64,000 bases of DNA, taken from positions 47,974 through 111,973 of the IMG/VR virus record IMGVR_UViG_3300046787_000099; one strand, given 5' to 3'. The notes under the pieces were generated by a model. The model was given only the letters and a program-made list of their open reading frames with translations, was not told where the DNA came from and did not search any database. Made by a program: the position numbers and the translations under genes. Origin of the DNA: a virus. Below are positions 10,108 to 20,749 of the stretch, in pieces. Each line of letters starts with the position of its first letter. The stretch's first letter is position 1.

Positions 10108-11253
10108 TTAAGGGATCAACGTTGTTGTTGTTGAAGTAGAAGGCCAAGTAGTAGTTGTAGTACTTGTTGTAGAAGTAATTGGACCACTTTCATCAGATAC
10201 TGTTCCTAAAGCTGCTTCTAAGATATCTTGGATATCTAATGCTAAGTTTTGAGGAGTAGCGATGATTACAGTTGAATCTTCTTTGATATAGTCACCCCAC
10301 TGATAAGCAGATTTGTCATAATCATTGAACTTGATGTAATACGTATCATAAGTAGTACCATCAGTTACCCAAGATTCAAAGTTCTCATTGTACCCAACCA
10401 TACGGTATAAGTGCTTTAAGTAACCAGCTTGGTAGCTATAGAAGTTTTTCTCTAATTGCTTGATCTCATCAGATGTACCAGAAACATAAGAAGAACGTTG
10501 AGTTACCTCAGCAGTAGCAACCATGTTACAAGAATCTGCAACGATGAAGTCAGCAGTTGTAGCAGGACCAGCATACACGAAAGTACGGAACCACATACGG
10601 TCATACTCCCAAGGGAATGCAGCAACATCACAAGGTTGACCATACTTAGTTAATGGCTTACCAGTGATACGTAAGATTGCGTTTTGATTGTTACCAATAC
10701 GTTGGAATTGGTAGAAATCAGAGAAAGTGATGTTGTCAGGGTTGTTACCTGGAGCTTGCTCATTAAACTTAATGATAAATTGATCAATCAAGTTTGGAAC
10801 ATCAACATCAGCACAAGGATCTCCACCACAAGCTAAACACTCACCTTTAACAGTCACTGAACGAGTGAAACCGTTGAAGTATAATGTGTTTAAGTAAGAA
10901 GAGAACGCACGTAATGTAATAGTTACATCAGTACCAGGAGTCACTGTAAAGTCAGTAACATCAGTTACTTGGTTAGCAGCTACTGGATTTCCAGTTACTT
11001 TGTACCACTCAGTTACGTTAGAACCGTTAGAAGCAATCTTGTCAGAACGCTTAGATCCTTGTAAGTAAGTGTTTGTACGACCTTGAGCAACATAGAAGTA
11101 AGGACGAGCAGTAATGTTACTATCTGTTGCTACAGTGTAATCACTACGGAAGATACCAAACTTGCCTGCTGTCAAATTTTGTGTAGAACCAGTGCTAGGT
11201 AATGTGTTGCCTACTGGAACTACAAACAGGGTGGTTAATGAGAAATCAGCCAT
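10108..11253 (-). CDS. Auxiliary/minor capsid (decoration) protein with Thr-rich C-terminal tail
   Basis: 381 aa, highly expressed codon style, downstream of the MCP as in crAss-like phages; ends TSTTSTTTTTWPSTSTTTTLIP. Confidence 0.6.
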   Translation of the reverse strand: MADFSLTTLFVVPVGNTLPSTGSTQNLTAGKFGIFRSDYTVATDSNITARPYFYVAQGRTNTYLQGSKRSDKIASNGSNVTEWYKVTGNPVAANQVTDVTDFTVTPGTDVTITLRAFSSYLNTLYFNGFTRSVTVKGECLACGGDPCADVDVPNLIDQFIIKFNEQAPGNNPDNITFSDFYQFQRIGNNQNAILRITGKPLTKYGQPCDVAAFPWEYDRMWFRTFVYAGPATTADFIVADSCNMVATAEVTQRSSYVSGTSDEIKQLEKNFYSYQAGYLKHLYRMVGYNENFESWVTDGTTYDTYYIKFNDYDKSAYQWGDYIKEDSTVIIATPQNLALDIQDILEAALGTVSDESGPITSTTSTTTTTWPSTSTTTTLIP

Positions 11254-11278
11254 TTGTTATATTAATTAAATTGTTTAC

Positions 11279-12010
11279 TTATTCATTTGTCTTGATTCTG
11301 TATATCGAGCTCTCAACCGCTGATTGATTCTCTGTATACATTGCAAGATTTTGTACGGTCAAGTCTAGGATCTCATCTTCTAGATAAGTTTCAAGTTCAC
11401 AGTCTTGATCATACGATGGTTCTCCATCTAACATAATGTACCCAGTTTTATTAATATACTGCGGATATCTCATGTATGAGATGTAGATTTTACTTGGTGT
11501 GAAGGTTCCATCAGTGAAGATGGAGATCTCGTCTGAGGAGATGAAATTGAAGGTTTCCTGATACTCGAATGATGGTCTGTAGTGAGTGTTGTTTAAACAA
11601 AACTGCAAATCACCATGTTTAGCAAGATCACGATTAATCCAAATCTTTCTGTCCTTACACAATCCCTTACTGGCAATTACGTAACTATCTACGTAAAACA
11701 TGTACTTAGGTTCAAGTTGATGAACATAGGCACTCCATTGATTTAACTCAGCATTCTTCAAAGCTAGTGGTAACTCACCATCATTGTAATTTACCACTAG
11801 GCTTTGCAGGTCTTCATATCGTTTCTTAAAGGCATCTAAGCCAAGACCTGATATTGTATTCTGACCATCTATTTTCTGCTTTATTAACTTTATCTGAGCT
11901 TCATTGAGAGCTAAGATTTTGTCTTCTAACTGAATCTGTTGATGCTCGTTTGCTGATAGCTTATTTAGTCTTTGGTCAATCTTATATAATAAACTATCTA
12001 CGGGGATCAT
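11279..12010 (-). CDS. Head-tail connector/ring protein
   Basis: LNEAQIKLIK, YMRYP, CELETYLEDEILDLTV resemble crAss ring proteins. Confidence 0.55.
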   Translation of the reverse strand: MIPVDSLLYKIDQRLNKLSANEHQQIQLEDKILALNEAQIKLIKQKIDGQNTISGLGLDAFKKRYEDLQSLVVNYNDGELPLALKNAELNQWSAYVHQLEPKYMFYVDSYVIASKGLCKDRKIWINRDLAKHGDLQFCLNNTHYRPSFEYQETFNFISSDEISIFTDGTFTPSKIYISYMRYPQYINKTGYIMLDGEPSYDQDCELETYLEDEILDLTVQNLAMYTENQSAVESSIYRIKTNE

Positions 12011-12975
12011 ACAGCGGCTAGTTTTTTCGTTTTAAGTTTCTGCTCTAAGATCAGTAAATCATCTTGGTGATCTTCATCAATCAAGAACTTAACTAATTCT
12101 TCCTCATCTACTGCAACTTCGAATTCACCTTGATAAACTTTACCATTAGGTTTGATTCTATAAATAGAATGAGTAATTGCTTGTTTTACTAAATCTTTTA
12201 CATGAAGTAGGTTCTCTTGCATATCTGCAAATCGACCAAACACTTCGATTGTTGAAAGACCTTGATACTTACCATCCTTGAACTCAGTCTGCTTTAAGAT
12301 GTTGTCCACTAGGTTATATACTACTTGGTCTTTAGTTTCTTCTGATACAGGTAAGCCTAGTAAACGAGCAACTTTACGTTTCTTCTCAGGAGTCATTGAA
12401 TCAAACTTGCCAATAGCTTTGTTGATCAATTGTTTCTTCTTGAAGATAATTGCACTTTCAATCTCATCATCTACTACATAGAACTGTGTATCTGCTGGAT
12501 ATTCACCACGCTCCCAAGCTTGATAGCTAGAAGCAATTGTTGGATGAACTCGTAACCAAGCAAAAGCTAACTCTTGCATTGGATTAGTAAAGTCAAAGTA
12601 GTTATCACCATCTAGCAACTTAACTGCTTGTACGTGTAACATATCATCATTTCCTTGAGACAAACCATAATTCCAGAACTTAGAACGAGGACCTAAATCC
12701 ACATCACCTAACGCAGATTCTAATCTAGCACGTAAATTAGTTACACGTTCGATCTCAAGTTCTCTTTCTGTTTGATCACCAATACGCTGAATGTATGCAG
12801 CATTTGGATTTAATCCTGTACGATACTGACCATCAAGCTCCTTGTAAGGATACTTAAACACTCCTGTACCAGGAATACGTGTCAAACCTTTTTGTGCAAG
12901 ACCACCTTGCATTGTTTGCATTTGAGAGTTACTATACTCTTTCTTAATAGTAGAGATTTTTCCTATCTTACCCAT
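12007..12975 (-). CDS. Conserved protein following the MCP, function unknown
   Basis: 322 aa ORF; LRVHPTIASS motif; has the AACTACATATG leader. Confidence 0.55.
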   Translation of the reverse strand: MGKIGKISTIKKEYSNSQMQTMQGGLAQKGLTRIPGTGVFKYPYKELDGQYRTGLNPNAAYIQRIGDQTERELEIERVTNLRARLESALGDVDLGPRSKFWNYGLSQGNDDMLHVQAVKLLDGDNYFDFTNPMQELAFAWLRVHPTIASSYQAWERGEYPADTQFYVVDDEIESAIIFKKKQLINKAIGKFDSMTPEKKRKVARLLGLPVSEETKDQVVYNLVDNILKQTEFKDGKYQGLSTIEVFGRFADMQENLLHVKDLVKQAITHSIYRIKPNGKVYQGEFEVAVDEEELVKFLIDEDHQDDLLILEQKLKTKKLAAV

Positions 12976-13070
12976 ATGTAGTTTAAATTTAATTTGGTTT
13001 GCAGAGTGCTATCCATCGAAGGAATAGCGACCAGGGACACCCCAATCCAAGCACTCTGTATTCAAGAAAT

Positions 13071-13102
13071 AGCTCCCCCTGAGGAGGGAGGGTGGGGGAG
13101 CT
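13071..13102 (-). terminator. GC-rich stem-loop after the major capsid gene
   Basis: AGCTCCCC/GGGGAGCT stem followed by ATTTCTT on the minus strand. Confidence 0.6.
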
Positions 13103-13154
13103 TCTCTCTTGTAGCCTGCTGATTAGCAAGCATTTAGGCATGGAGCCTAGTATA

Positions 13155-14708
13155 TTAGAATTGAGGGATTTCTTCGATCAAGACTGTACGAGACAAGTCT
13201 TCAATGAACACATCACAACGATCCTTCATCCAGATTTCGTATCCTGGGAATTTGTTCGCAGAACTCATACCTTGAGACTTAGCAAAGCCTAAGTGGTGAC
13301 GAGTACCATCGATATAACCCCAAGTCATTGAAGGAGCACCCTTCATACGTACCTCACGGATGTTATTAATCATAGAACCATCAGACATTGGAGAAACGTC
13401 AAACACCATGAATACTGGAGTTGATTTCTTGTTCTGTCCGAATTCTAAGTTAGTTTGAGGAAGGTCTAATTCTTTTAAGTGAATTAACTCAACACGACCA
13501 GTCTCACGAGTAACCATTGCATCGAATGCAAAGTTGTAAGTGATGTGTTGTCCTTCTCCTTGCATGTAACGATTACCTGAATCAGCCATGAAAGTCAAAC
13601 CTGAATTCAATGCATCGTTTTTCAAAGCTTGTTGGAACACGTCAAAACCAGCTTCGTTAGTGTACATTTTAACACGACGATCCTTAACATCCACACGACG
13701 ATAGAATAAGTCACCAAATACTGAACGAATCAAGTTAGCAGTGAATTCTCCACGGTTGTATTGTACTAAGTTACCATTGTTACGCATACGGTGGTAAACA
13801 CCAGCAGATGTACGCTTTAATTCTTGCTTAGAACCATTAGTCTTCACAGTACCAGGCTTAGCCCAGATCATACGCTTAACTTTCAATTCTAACATAGACT
13901 TACGCATCCAGAACTCAACAAATGGCTCCCACTTAACATCATTACGAGTTAAAGGTAACTGGTTGCGACGTTGTGGAGCATATACTAAGATATCTAATGG
14001 TGAGCCATCAGCATTAACCATCATCTTATCATCAGCCCATTCAGTGATCTTGTGCTCATAACCATATGCAGAACCTAATGATTCAAACATTGTGATTTGC
14101 TCACCTAAACGAGGAAGACCTAATAAGTCTTGATCGAATTCACCAATAGCAGCATCAACTAATTCTAACTCAATACCAGTCTGTAAGAATACAGGTGATA
14201 CGAAGTCTACAATTGGGTTATCACTGATTAAAGTAACAGTGTATAAGTAACCTGCATTCCAAGGTTGTGGATCTTTAACCACATAGAAGCGAGGACCATA
14301 CTGACGAGTACCTACAGAGATGATAGCATTCTTAGAGAATTCGTTAGTATCTACAATGATTTGAAATTCTTGACCATCGATACCTGGTTTCTCTAATGCA
14401 AGAGTAGTATCAGGGATGTCAATAATTTTAGGGAATTTGTAAGGAACCTGTACTTGCCACTTCCATGCATCACTATTGTTGTCAATGTAGTAAGGTGTTG
14501 ACTTGTTGATCATGTCCAAGAAGTCATTGCTGTACAATGAGCTCTGAGTGTACAGAGAGATAATCTTCTTATCGTAGTCTGCTGGCTCAGTTGAGTGAAA
14601 GCTTTCCAAGTGGTTTGAATCAGTTAACTTACCAACTGCACGCTTGTCCATAGACGCAACGCGAGCATAAGTAAAACCAGTTAAACCTGGGATTGTTTGA
14701 ATTGCCAT
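13155..14708 (-). CDS. Major capsid protein (crAss-like)
   Basis: 517 aa; LTDSNHL near the N-terminus, MYTNEAG; follows portal and scaffold; strongly biased codons; terminator downstream. Confidence 0.85.
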   Translation of the reverse strand: MAIQTIPGLTGFTYARVASMDKRAVGKLTDSNHLESFHSTEPADYDKKIISLYTQSSLYSNDFLDMINKSTPYYIDNNSDAWKWQVQVPYKFPKIIDIPDTTLALEKPGIDGQEFQIIVDTNEFSKNAIISVGTRQYGPRFYVVKDPQPWNAGYLYTVTLISDNPIVDFVSPVFLQTGIELELVDAAIGEFDQDLLGLPRLGEQITMFESLGSAYGYEHKITEWADDKMMVNADGSPLDILVYAPQRRNQLPLTRNDVKWEPFVEFWMRKSMLELKVKRMIWAKPGTVKTNGSKQELKRTSAGVYHRMRNNGNLVQYNRGEFTANLIRSVFGDLFYRRVDVKDRRVKMYTNEAGFDVFQQALKNDALNSGLTFMADSGNRYMQGEGQHITYNFAFDAMVTRETGRVELIHLKELDLPQTNLEFGQNKKSTPVFMVFDVSPMSDGSMINNIREVRMKGAPSMTWGYIDGTRHHLGFAKSQGMSSANKFPGYEIWMKDRCDVFIEDLSRTVLIEEIPQF

Positions 14709-14744
14709 TTTTGTTTATGTTTAATTTACTAATTTATTATTGTT

Positions 14745-15992
14745 TTATGCAAACCAAGATGAAGGACTAGTACCACCTTTAGATTTTACTGAGCTCTTGG
14801 ATGCTTGTCTAGCAACTTCACCAAATAACTCATTTGACTTCTTAGAGATTCCTGACTTCTGAATGGTTGATAATGTAGGATCTTTTTCAAGGATCTTCAA
14901 TAGAAGACCAACCTTCACCTTTAACGCATGGTTCTCAGGACGCTTTAAGTCAAGAATGGTACGATCAAAATCTGTTAATGTTTCTCCAGATGGTGTCTTC
15001 CACTTCTCAGCCAAAAGAAAATCTTGTAGTTCTGTAGCTAGTTTAGGGTTAAGAGGGATGCCATCAAACTCCTTGCTTTTAATCTTCTCTTGCAATACAG
15101 AATTAACATTTTGTTGATACTGTTGCTTGATTGCAGCTTGTTGTTGTAATTGAGCAGCTCTATCCTGTTCTAATTTCTGAAGCTTTGTAGCTTCTTTCTT
15201 TATTAACACTTTATGATGTTTAGTAGCAACGTTTTCTAAATCACCATAGTTCTTCAGTCTTTCAACCTCAGAGGTTATATCTTCAGGATCAAATCCTTGA
15301 TCTTCTAAAGCTTGTTTAATCACTGCTATCTGGTTTGATTCTTGAGATAAGTCCATCTCAGAGAAGTTCTCAATAGCATTATATGTGCTGAAATAGTCTT
15401 TAGGATTAACCCCATTAACAAAGATAGATTGGAAAGCATTTTGGTAATCTTCACCAAACTGTCCAATGAAGTTGTTTACAACATCAATAGCACCTTTCTT
15501 CTTCTCTGCTTCGAAACGTTCTAAGAACTCTTCTGGTGTAGAGATGGCAATATCTTCTTCATCTTCATCCTTAGTGAATACACCAAGTTTGAACAAGTCA
15601 TTAGATAAAGCAGCAAATTGAGTTGCAGCAGGAGCTTCTTCCTCATCATCATCTGTTGCATCAGCTTTCGCAGCAGCAGCAACTGGAGCATCGTCCTCAT
15701 CCTCCTCTGTATCATCGTCATATAAGAAGTCAGTGATAGATTTCTTATCATCTTCTTTCTTATCATCTGCAGGAGCATCATTCTCAGTTGAAGCAGCTTG
15801 TGCTTTCTTCTTAGATGGTGCTGGAGCAGCAGGCTCAGGATCTGGAGTATTGATATCTTGAATATCATCAGGGTTCACTGTAGATGTGTCAGGGCCTAAT
15901 AAGTCACTTAGTAACTCTTGACTGCCCATTCCTTCCATAGTACTCTGAATACTGAAGTTCCCAAAATCTGGGGTTTCTAAATTATCAGCCAT
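14745..15992 (-). CDS. Putative capsid scaffolding protein
   Basis: Highly acidic low-complexity N-half and coiled-coil C-half, between portal and MCP. Confidence 0.65.
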   Translation of the reverse strand: MADNLETPDFGNFSIQSTMEGMGSQELLSDLLGPDTSTVNPDDIQDINTPDPEPAAPAPSKKKAQAASTENDAPADDKKEDDKKSITDFLYDDDTEEDEDDAPVAAAAKADATDDDEEEAPAATQFAALSNDLFKLGVFTKDEDEEDIAISTPEEFLERFEAEKKKGAIDVVNNFIGQFGEDYQNAFQSIFVNGVNPKDYFSTYNAIENFSEMDLSQESNQIAVIKQALEDQGFDPEDITSEVERLKNYGDLENVATKHHKVLIKKEATKLQKLEQDRAAQLQQQAAIKQQYQQNVNSVLQEKIKSKEFDGIPLNPKLATELQDFLLAEKWKTPSGETLTDFDRTILDLKRPENHALKVKVGLLLKILEKDPTLSTIQKSGISKKSNELFGEVARQASKSSVKSKGGTSPSSWFA

Positions 15993-16133
15993 ATGTAGTT
16001 AAACTTTTTGAATTGGTTTTCGATATAAAAATATGTTGTATTAAATTAATAACAAATAGATTAGAGCTTATAATGCTGATTATTGTTGATAATATAGCAT
16101 TAATGAATTTTACTCTAACCTATTTGATTAGAA

Positions 16134-18716
16134 TTACTTACTCTTTGAAGCTCTGTTCTTAGCATTCAACTTAGCAATCTCTAGATCATTGTCTTGATTT
16201 CTAAGCTCAGCATCTATCTTTCTGTTCTCTAAAGCCATCTTATCTGTATGAGCTTTATTATCTTTTTGAATCTCAGCTAATTTCAGTGCATAGTCAGATG
16301 CTGCTCTAGACTCTTCTGATTGCAGTTTGGAGATCTCCAATACATCAGGAACACCTGAAGCATCCACATCTGTCAAAGGACCAGCTTTAGCTTCTGCTGC
16401 AATAAGAGCAATCTCTTTCTTGTTGATGCGGTCAAGCTCTGCTTGGTAGTCATCATGTGCAATCTTCTCAGCCTGCATCTGTTGTGCTTGTGCCATTTGA
16501 GCTTGAGCAATTTGTCCTTGCTGTTCAATCTCTTGTTGCTTTTGTTGAGCAGCTTGATCTTGCATTTGCTCTTGACGATCTTTCAATGTCTTGAACACTT
16601 TCTTCATCTCTCTCATAGAGTTAGTTGAGTAAAGCTCAATAACATCGTGTAATGAACCACCATTCTGTAGAACAGCTTGAGATAAGCTACGAATCTCATT
16701 GAACATCTGCTTATCTTCTGGACGATTAGTCAAGAACACTTTAAGATCACGGAACTTAAGATCTGTTCCATTCACTTGTACAAATGCTGACTCACCATCA
16801 TTAGTAATGTATGATAGGGTAGATTGTGGTTTAGCACTCTCTACATATAATGATGCATCAATGATTGCTTGGTACAATTGACCTAATACATACTCGTGTG
16901 CCACGAATAATGGCTCAGTTTGTGAGTAAGACTGACTAATAGCAGCATTTGTACCTGTAGCAGATTCAGAAGCTGACACAGAGCCTAAACGTTGCTTAGA
17001 CATACCAATCAGTTCCCAACACTCTTGCTTCAACTGCATAGCTAAGTTGTAACGAGATTGAATCTCCTGTGTACGTGTAAGGTCAATATCACGGAATTGA
17101 TTGAATGAGCTTGGAGACTTTAAGTTCTCTGGGCTATCATCAATGAACATAACCCCACGGTTACGAGCTTCCATTTCCCAAATGTCAAGAGCATCTTGTG
17201 CATCTCCATCCTTAGGAATAGGTATGTGTCTGATTGAAGTTAAGTACACCTTACCAACCTCTTTCTCTAATAGCTTGTATAATTGGTTCATACAAACGTT
17301 ATAAAGAACCTGGAATGGTTTCATTAAATCCACAAGAGACTTAGCCTCTGTGTTCTTAATCTCATGTACTAAACCAATGATAGGGCAATAGTTTAATAAC
17401 TTGTAAGGTTTGATATGATAGATATCTGGTCCCACTTTGATTCCTTGATACCACTGGTTAATCCATCCCCACTCCAATGATTGCTGTGTAGGAATAGTTC
17501 CTGACTTATAGTTCTCATCTACAAGCATTGATTGCTCATTGCCTACCTCATCTAAGTAGATAAGCTTACCAATCTTCTTCTTAGAGATCCAATAAGCTCT
17601 CACCACTACATACTTGTATCCAAATGAAGACACATTTGATGTAAGTCCTAAAAAGTCCTTCAATCCATCATTGTTCTCCTTCATCTCTGATTCAATGATC
17701 ATACGTGTCTGTAATACAAGAGGATCGTATGTATCATATTGTACTGAGTCTGTACCAGGAATAGCATCAGGATTACCTAGATTAGATTCACGAACGTTAA
17801 TCAAACCATAGTCTTGTAGAGATGAACGTAAGTGATCAATCTCATCCTTTGTTAAATCAGGGATAGATTCAATAATCTCAGATAGTTCCATCACCTGTAC
17901 AATACCAGCAGCATAAGCTCCTTGTGCACGACCTGTAGGATCTGAGATATATTTACGGTCTGGTGTAGTTAAGAACCAAGTGTTCTTAGGGTTAGCCACC
18001 TCAACATTGAATCCTAGCTTAGAGTTATCCTCATAAACATGATAGAACTCACGAGCAGAGATAAGCATATCACGGAATGCATCCTCACTCTTTTCTTTAA
18101 TCACAAAGTCAGCCTTGTTAGCTGTCAATACATGGTTAGCCCATTTCTCAGCAACAGATGTATAAGAATCAAGTTCATCCTTCACTTGCTCTAGAGTCAT
18201 TTGCTGTAATTGCTCTTCATCTAATTCTTCACCAGCAATGGCAGCTTTTTCAAGGATTTGCTTCTTAGCTGTATTAATTACATACTCTTGAAGAATACCT
18301 GTCTTGTATTCTAACTCTTCAGCTTTACTATCATCATCAAATGCCTTAACACGGAATGCATCAGGTCTCTTTGAAATCTCACCAACCAACTCATTAAGAG
18401 GAGTGGTGATGATTGAGTACATCTTCACGTATGCAGGTAGAGCTAAGTCTGCTGTTAACATATCAGTGAAAGATCTCACCTCTGGCTCTTGGTAGAAATC
18501 CTCAGGACGAAGGATACCTTTTACTAAGTCATAGTTCTTAACAAATGTATCACGGTTCTTTACATACTCAGCATAAGCCTTGTTTGCAAAATAGTCCATG
18601 GTGTTTTTGATCCAACTCTCATCTTGCTTTTCCTTCTCAGTCTTGAACTGGTCAGGGAAGATGTTCAGATAAGCATACCTGATAGTCGCATCTTTTGTAT
18701 ATCTAATAATTGCCAT
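16134..18716 (-). CDS. Portal protein
   Basis: 860 aa directly after the terminase; Gln-rich coiled-coil C-terminal barrel; LVGEISKRP and GMSKQRLG motifs. Confidence 0.85.
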   Translation of the reverse strand: MAIIRYTKDATIRYAYLNIFPDQFKTEKEKQDESWIKNTMDYFANKAYAEYVKNRDTFVKNYDLVKGILRPEDFYQEPEVRSFTDMLTADLALPAYVKMYSIITTPLNELVGEISKRPDAFRVKAFDDDSKAEELEYKTGILQEYVINTAKKQILEKAAIAGEELDEEQLQQMTLEQVKDELDSYTSVAEKWANHVLTANKADFVIKEKSEDAFRDMLISAREFYHVYEDNSKLGFNVEVANPKNTWFLTTPDRKYISDPTGRAQGAYAAGIVQVMELSEIIESIPDLTKDEIDHLRSSLQDYGLINVRESNLGNPDAIPGTDSVQYDTYDPLVLQTRMIIESEMKENNDGLKDFLGLTSNVSSFGYKYVVVRAYWISKKKIGKLIYLDEVGNEQSMLVDENYKSGTIPTQQSLEWGWINQWYQGIKVGPDIYHIKPYKLLNYCPIIGLVHEIKNTEAKSLVDLMKPFQVLYNVCMNQLYKLLEKEVGKVYLTSIRHIPIPKDGDAQDALDIWEMEARNRGVMFIDDSPENLKSPSSFNQFRDIDLTRTQEIQSRYNLAMQLKQECWELIGMSKQRLGSVSASESATGTNAAISQSYSQTEPLFVAHEYVLGQLYQAIIDASLYVESAKPQSTLSYITNDGESAFVQVNGTDLKFRDLKVFLTNRPEDKQMFNEIRSLSQAVLQNGGSLHDVIELYSTNSMREMKKVFKTLKDRQEQMQDQAAQQKQQEIEQQGQIAQAQMAQAQQMQAEKIAHDDYQAELDRINKKEIALIAAEAKAGPLTDVDASGVPDVLEISKLQSEESRAASDYALKLAEIQKDNKAHTDKMALENRKIDAELRNQDNDLEIAKLNAKNRASKSK

Positions 18717-20749
18717 TATGTAAACAGTTTACGTTTATACTTGCCTCCACCAGAATTGAACAGACTGGAAGATTCTGTAAATAATTTATTGTTTTTGTTT
18801 CTTTTCTGCATTGACATCACCCTTGCATCACCTGTGCCACCAATTCTTCCCATAATAGGATCCATCTTCATAGCCATAGCTATAGCAAGTTCTGCTGCAA
18901 TGATACGGTCAAAGTTACCCTCCTCATTATACTGTATCATTTCTTCTAACAATACAGGATCAAATATCTTTACCATCCCCTTGGTCTCAGAGATTATGTT
19001 ACCATCATCATCTCTTTCTGTAACAAGAGTTTCCTCTGTATACTTCTTGAGACAGCCATGTAAGAAATCCCTAATCTTCTCTGAGGATCTATGTATACCA
19101 TAGTCACGTCTCACGGTAGTATTAGGTACAATCTCCTTCAACCAATCTGGTTGTCTCTCTAGATAGTGTGCATCATTCTTAGAGATCATGTAATCAATGA
19201 ATGATATCTCATCATTCTCACACAATGTTCTAGCATTGTAATATTTGATAAGAAGTCGTGCTTGCTCCTCCCACGTTTCTTTCTTATCAGGACGTGCACA
19301 GTACGAAGCTACGAACATATCTTGATATTTCTCGCCTGTTAACTGGTGCATCCTTTTATATATGTATACAGAACCTAGTGAACTTGAGTAGGATGACTTA
19401 CCTTGGCGGTATGGATCGACTCCTGCTACATATAGTCCATAAGGAGGTGTATCAATAGGAAACTCATATATCACTACAGGAGCATCCTTTAAATCTGAAT
19501 TCTTAAGAGGGAAGTTGGAGATGGGCAGCTTGTCTGTGAACTCATGCTTAACACCTTCTCCATCATCATATAGCACGACTGGTATTCCTGTACGTTCTTG
19601 TTGTAAGAGTCTGGACTTTTGTCGTTTTGCTCCCTCTATGTCAAATATATTGGTGTCTTCATTCAAGAAGATATCATCCACTTCTTGTGGATAGTACATC
19701 TTCTCCTTTAGATAGGCAACCCTATCACCTGCTTTCTTAAGCCTCTCTAAGTTATCGTTGGTTATTTTTGTGGCAAGCTCTTCATTGGATACTAACATCT
19801 TGATGTTATGAAGATCATCACCCTCTGGTTTGTTTAGATATGCACCAAGAGTTGAATCCTCTTTAGCCTCCATTCTAAACTTATGTGAAATGAACAAACC
19901 GTGTACACGTTGTTCATCTTTTGCATTGTTGTATTCTAAGAAATTGTAGTTACCTACATCAAACATCAAGGACTTAGCGTCCATGAATTTCTTCATATCC
20001 CCACCAGTTCCCGTAAGAATCGGTGCACAACCCCAGCCAAAGGGTGTTGTGAAGCCTGGAACAGCAGCTTGGAAGCCTCGTAGGAAAGATCCCTTACCAA
20101 TTTCATCTATAATTAGTCTTCTAGGCTTTGTACCTGCAATAGCCTCCTCATTATTACCTTCGTCAAGGTTACGTATTAATATCTGTGAGAAGGGGATACG
20201 TTGTCCACCTCTTGTCTTTACACCTAATGTAACCTGGTTCTTCCAGTTATCCTCAACTCTCTGCCACTGCCATGCTTGTGGAAGGTGGTTAAGTCCTTTA
20301 TCTATCTTGTCTGTAATCAGCTTTATATCGGCTGCATTCAGACCAGCAATAATGTTCTGTGAGTTCTCATCAAATGTAGCACCATGTGACACATAAGAAG
20401 CCTCTAGAACAGACTTAGCAAAACGTCTGATTCCTAGAATAACTAATCCCTTACGTTCTTGTTGTGCTCTGTCAATCTCTGTTGACACCACCCATTCATT
20501 ATCACGTAGAGATGGGTTAGCATACTTCTGGGCAATACGTCCATACTCATCAATAACGTCCACCTCTGTATGCCATGCATTGAGATGCCAATATAAGAAG
20601 GGATTAATGTATGTATCCCCCATCATAGCTCCATTCTTGCAGAGCTCTTCATGGAAGGCAAAGAAAGCATCATATTCCTCAGACTCTTTGTCTGGGAGAC
20701 GCTTCTGGCACATCAACCAATCCTTATAATCTATCTTAAGCAGTTCCAC
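18716..20749 (-). CDS. terL: Terminase large subunit
   Basis: Walker A-like GIRRFAKS, Walker B LIIDEIG, GTGG, nuclease motifs GVDPY and NFDR. Confidence 0.9.
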   Translation of the reverse strand: MELLKIDYKDWLMCQKRLPDKESEEYDAFFAFHEELCKNGAMMGDTYINPFLYWHLNAWHTEVDVIDEYGRIAQKYANPSLRDNEWVVSTEIDRAQQERKGLVILGIRRFAKSVLEASYVSHGATFDENSQNIIAGLNAADIKLITDKIDKGLNHLPQAWQWQRVEDNWKNQVTLGVKTRGGQRIPFSQILIRNLDEGNNEEAIAGTKPRRLIIDEIGKGSFLRGFQAAVPGFTTPFGWGCAPILTGTGGDMKKFMDAKSLMFDVGNYNFLEYNNAKDEQRVHGLFISHKFRMEAKEDSTLGAYLNKPEGDDLHNIKMLVSNEELATKITNDNLERLKKAGDRVAYLKEKMYYPQEVDDIFLNEDTNIFDIEGAKRQKSRLLQQERTGIPVVLYDDGEGVKHEFTDKLPISNFPLKNSDLKDAPVVIYEFPIDTPPYGLYVAGVDPYRQGKSSYSSSLGSVYIYKRMHQLTGEKYQDMFVASYCARPDKKETWEEQARLLIKYYNARTLCENDEISFIDYMISKNDAHYLERQPDWLKEIVPNTTVRRDYGIHRSSEKIRDFLHGCLKKYTEETLVTERDDDGNIISETKGMVKIFDPVLLEEMIQYNEEGNFDRIIAAELAIAMAMKMDPIMGRIGGTGDARVMSMQKRNKNNKLFTESSSLFNSGGGKYKRKLFT

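Noticed and set aside
18624-20396. Plus-strand ORFs opposite terminase and portal, and similar antisense or alternate-frame ORFs throughout the track
   Set aside because: Shadows of real genes, with no motifs or leaders
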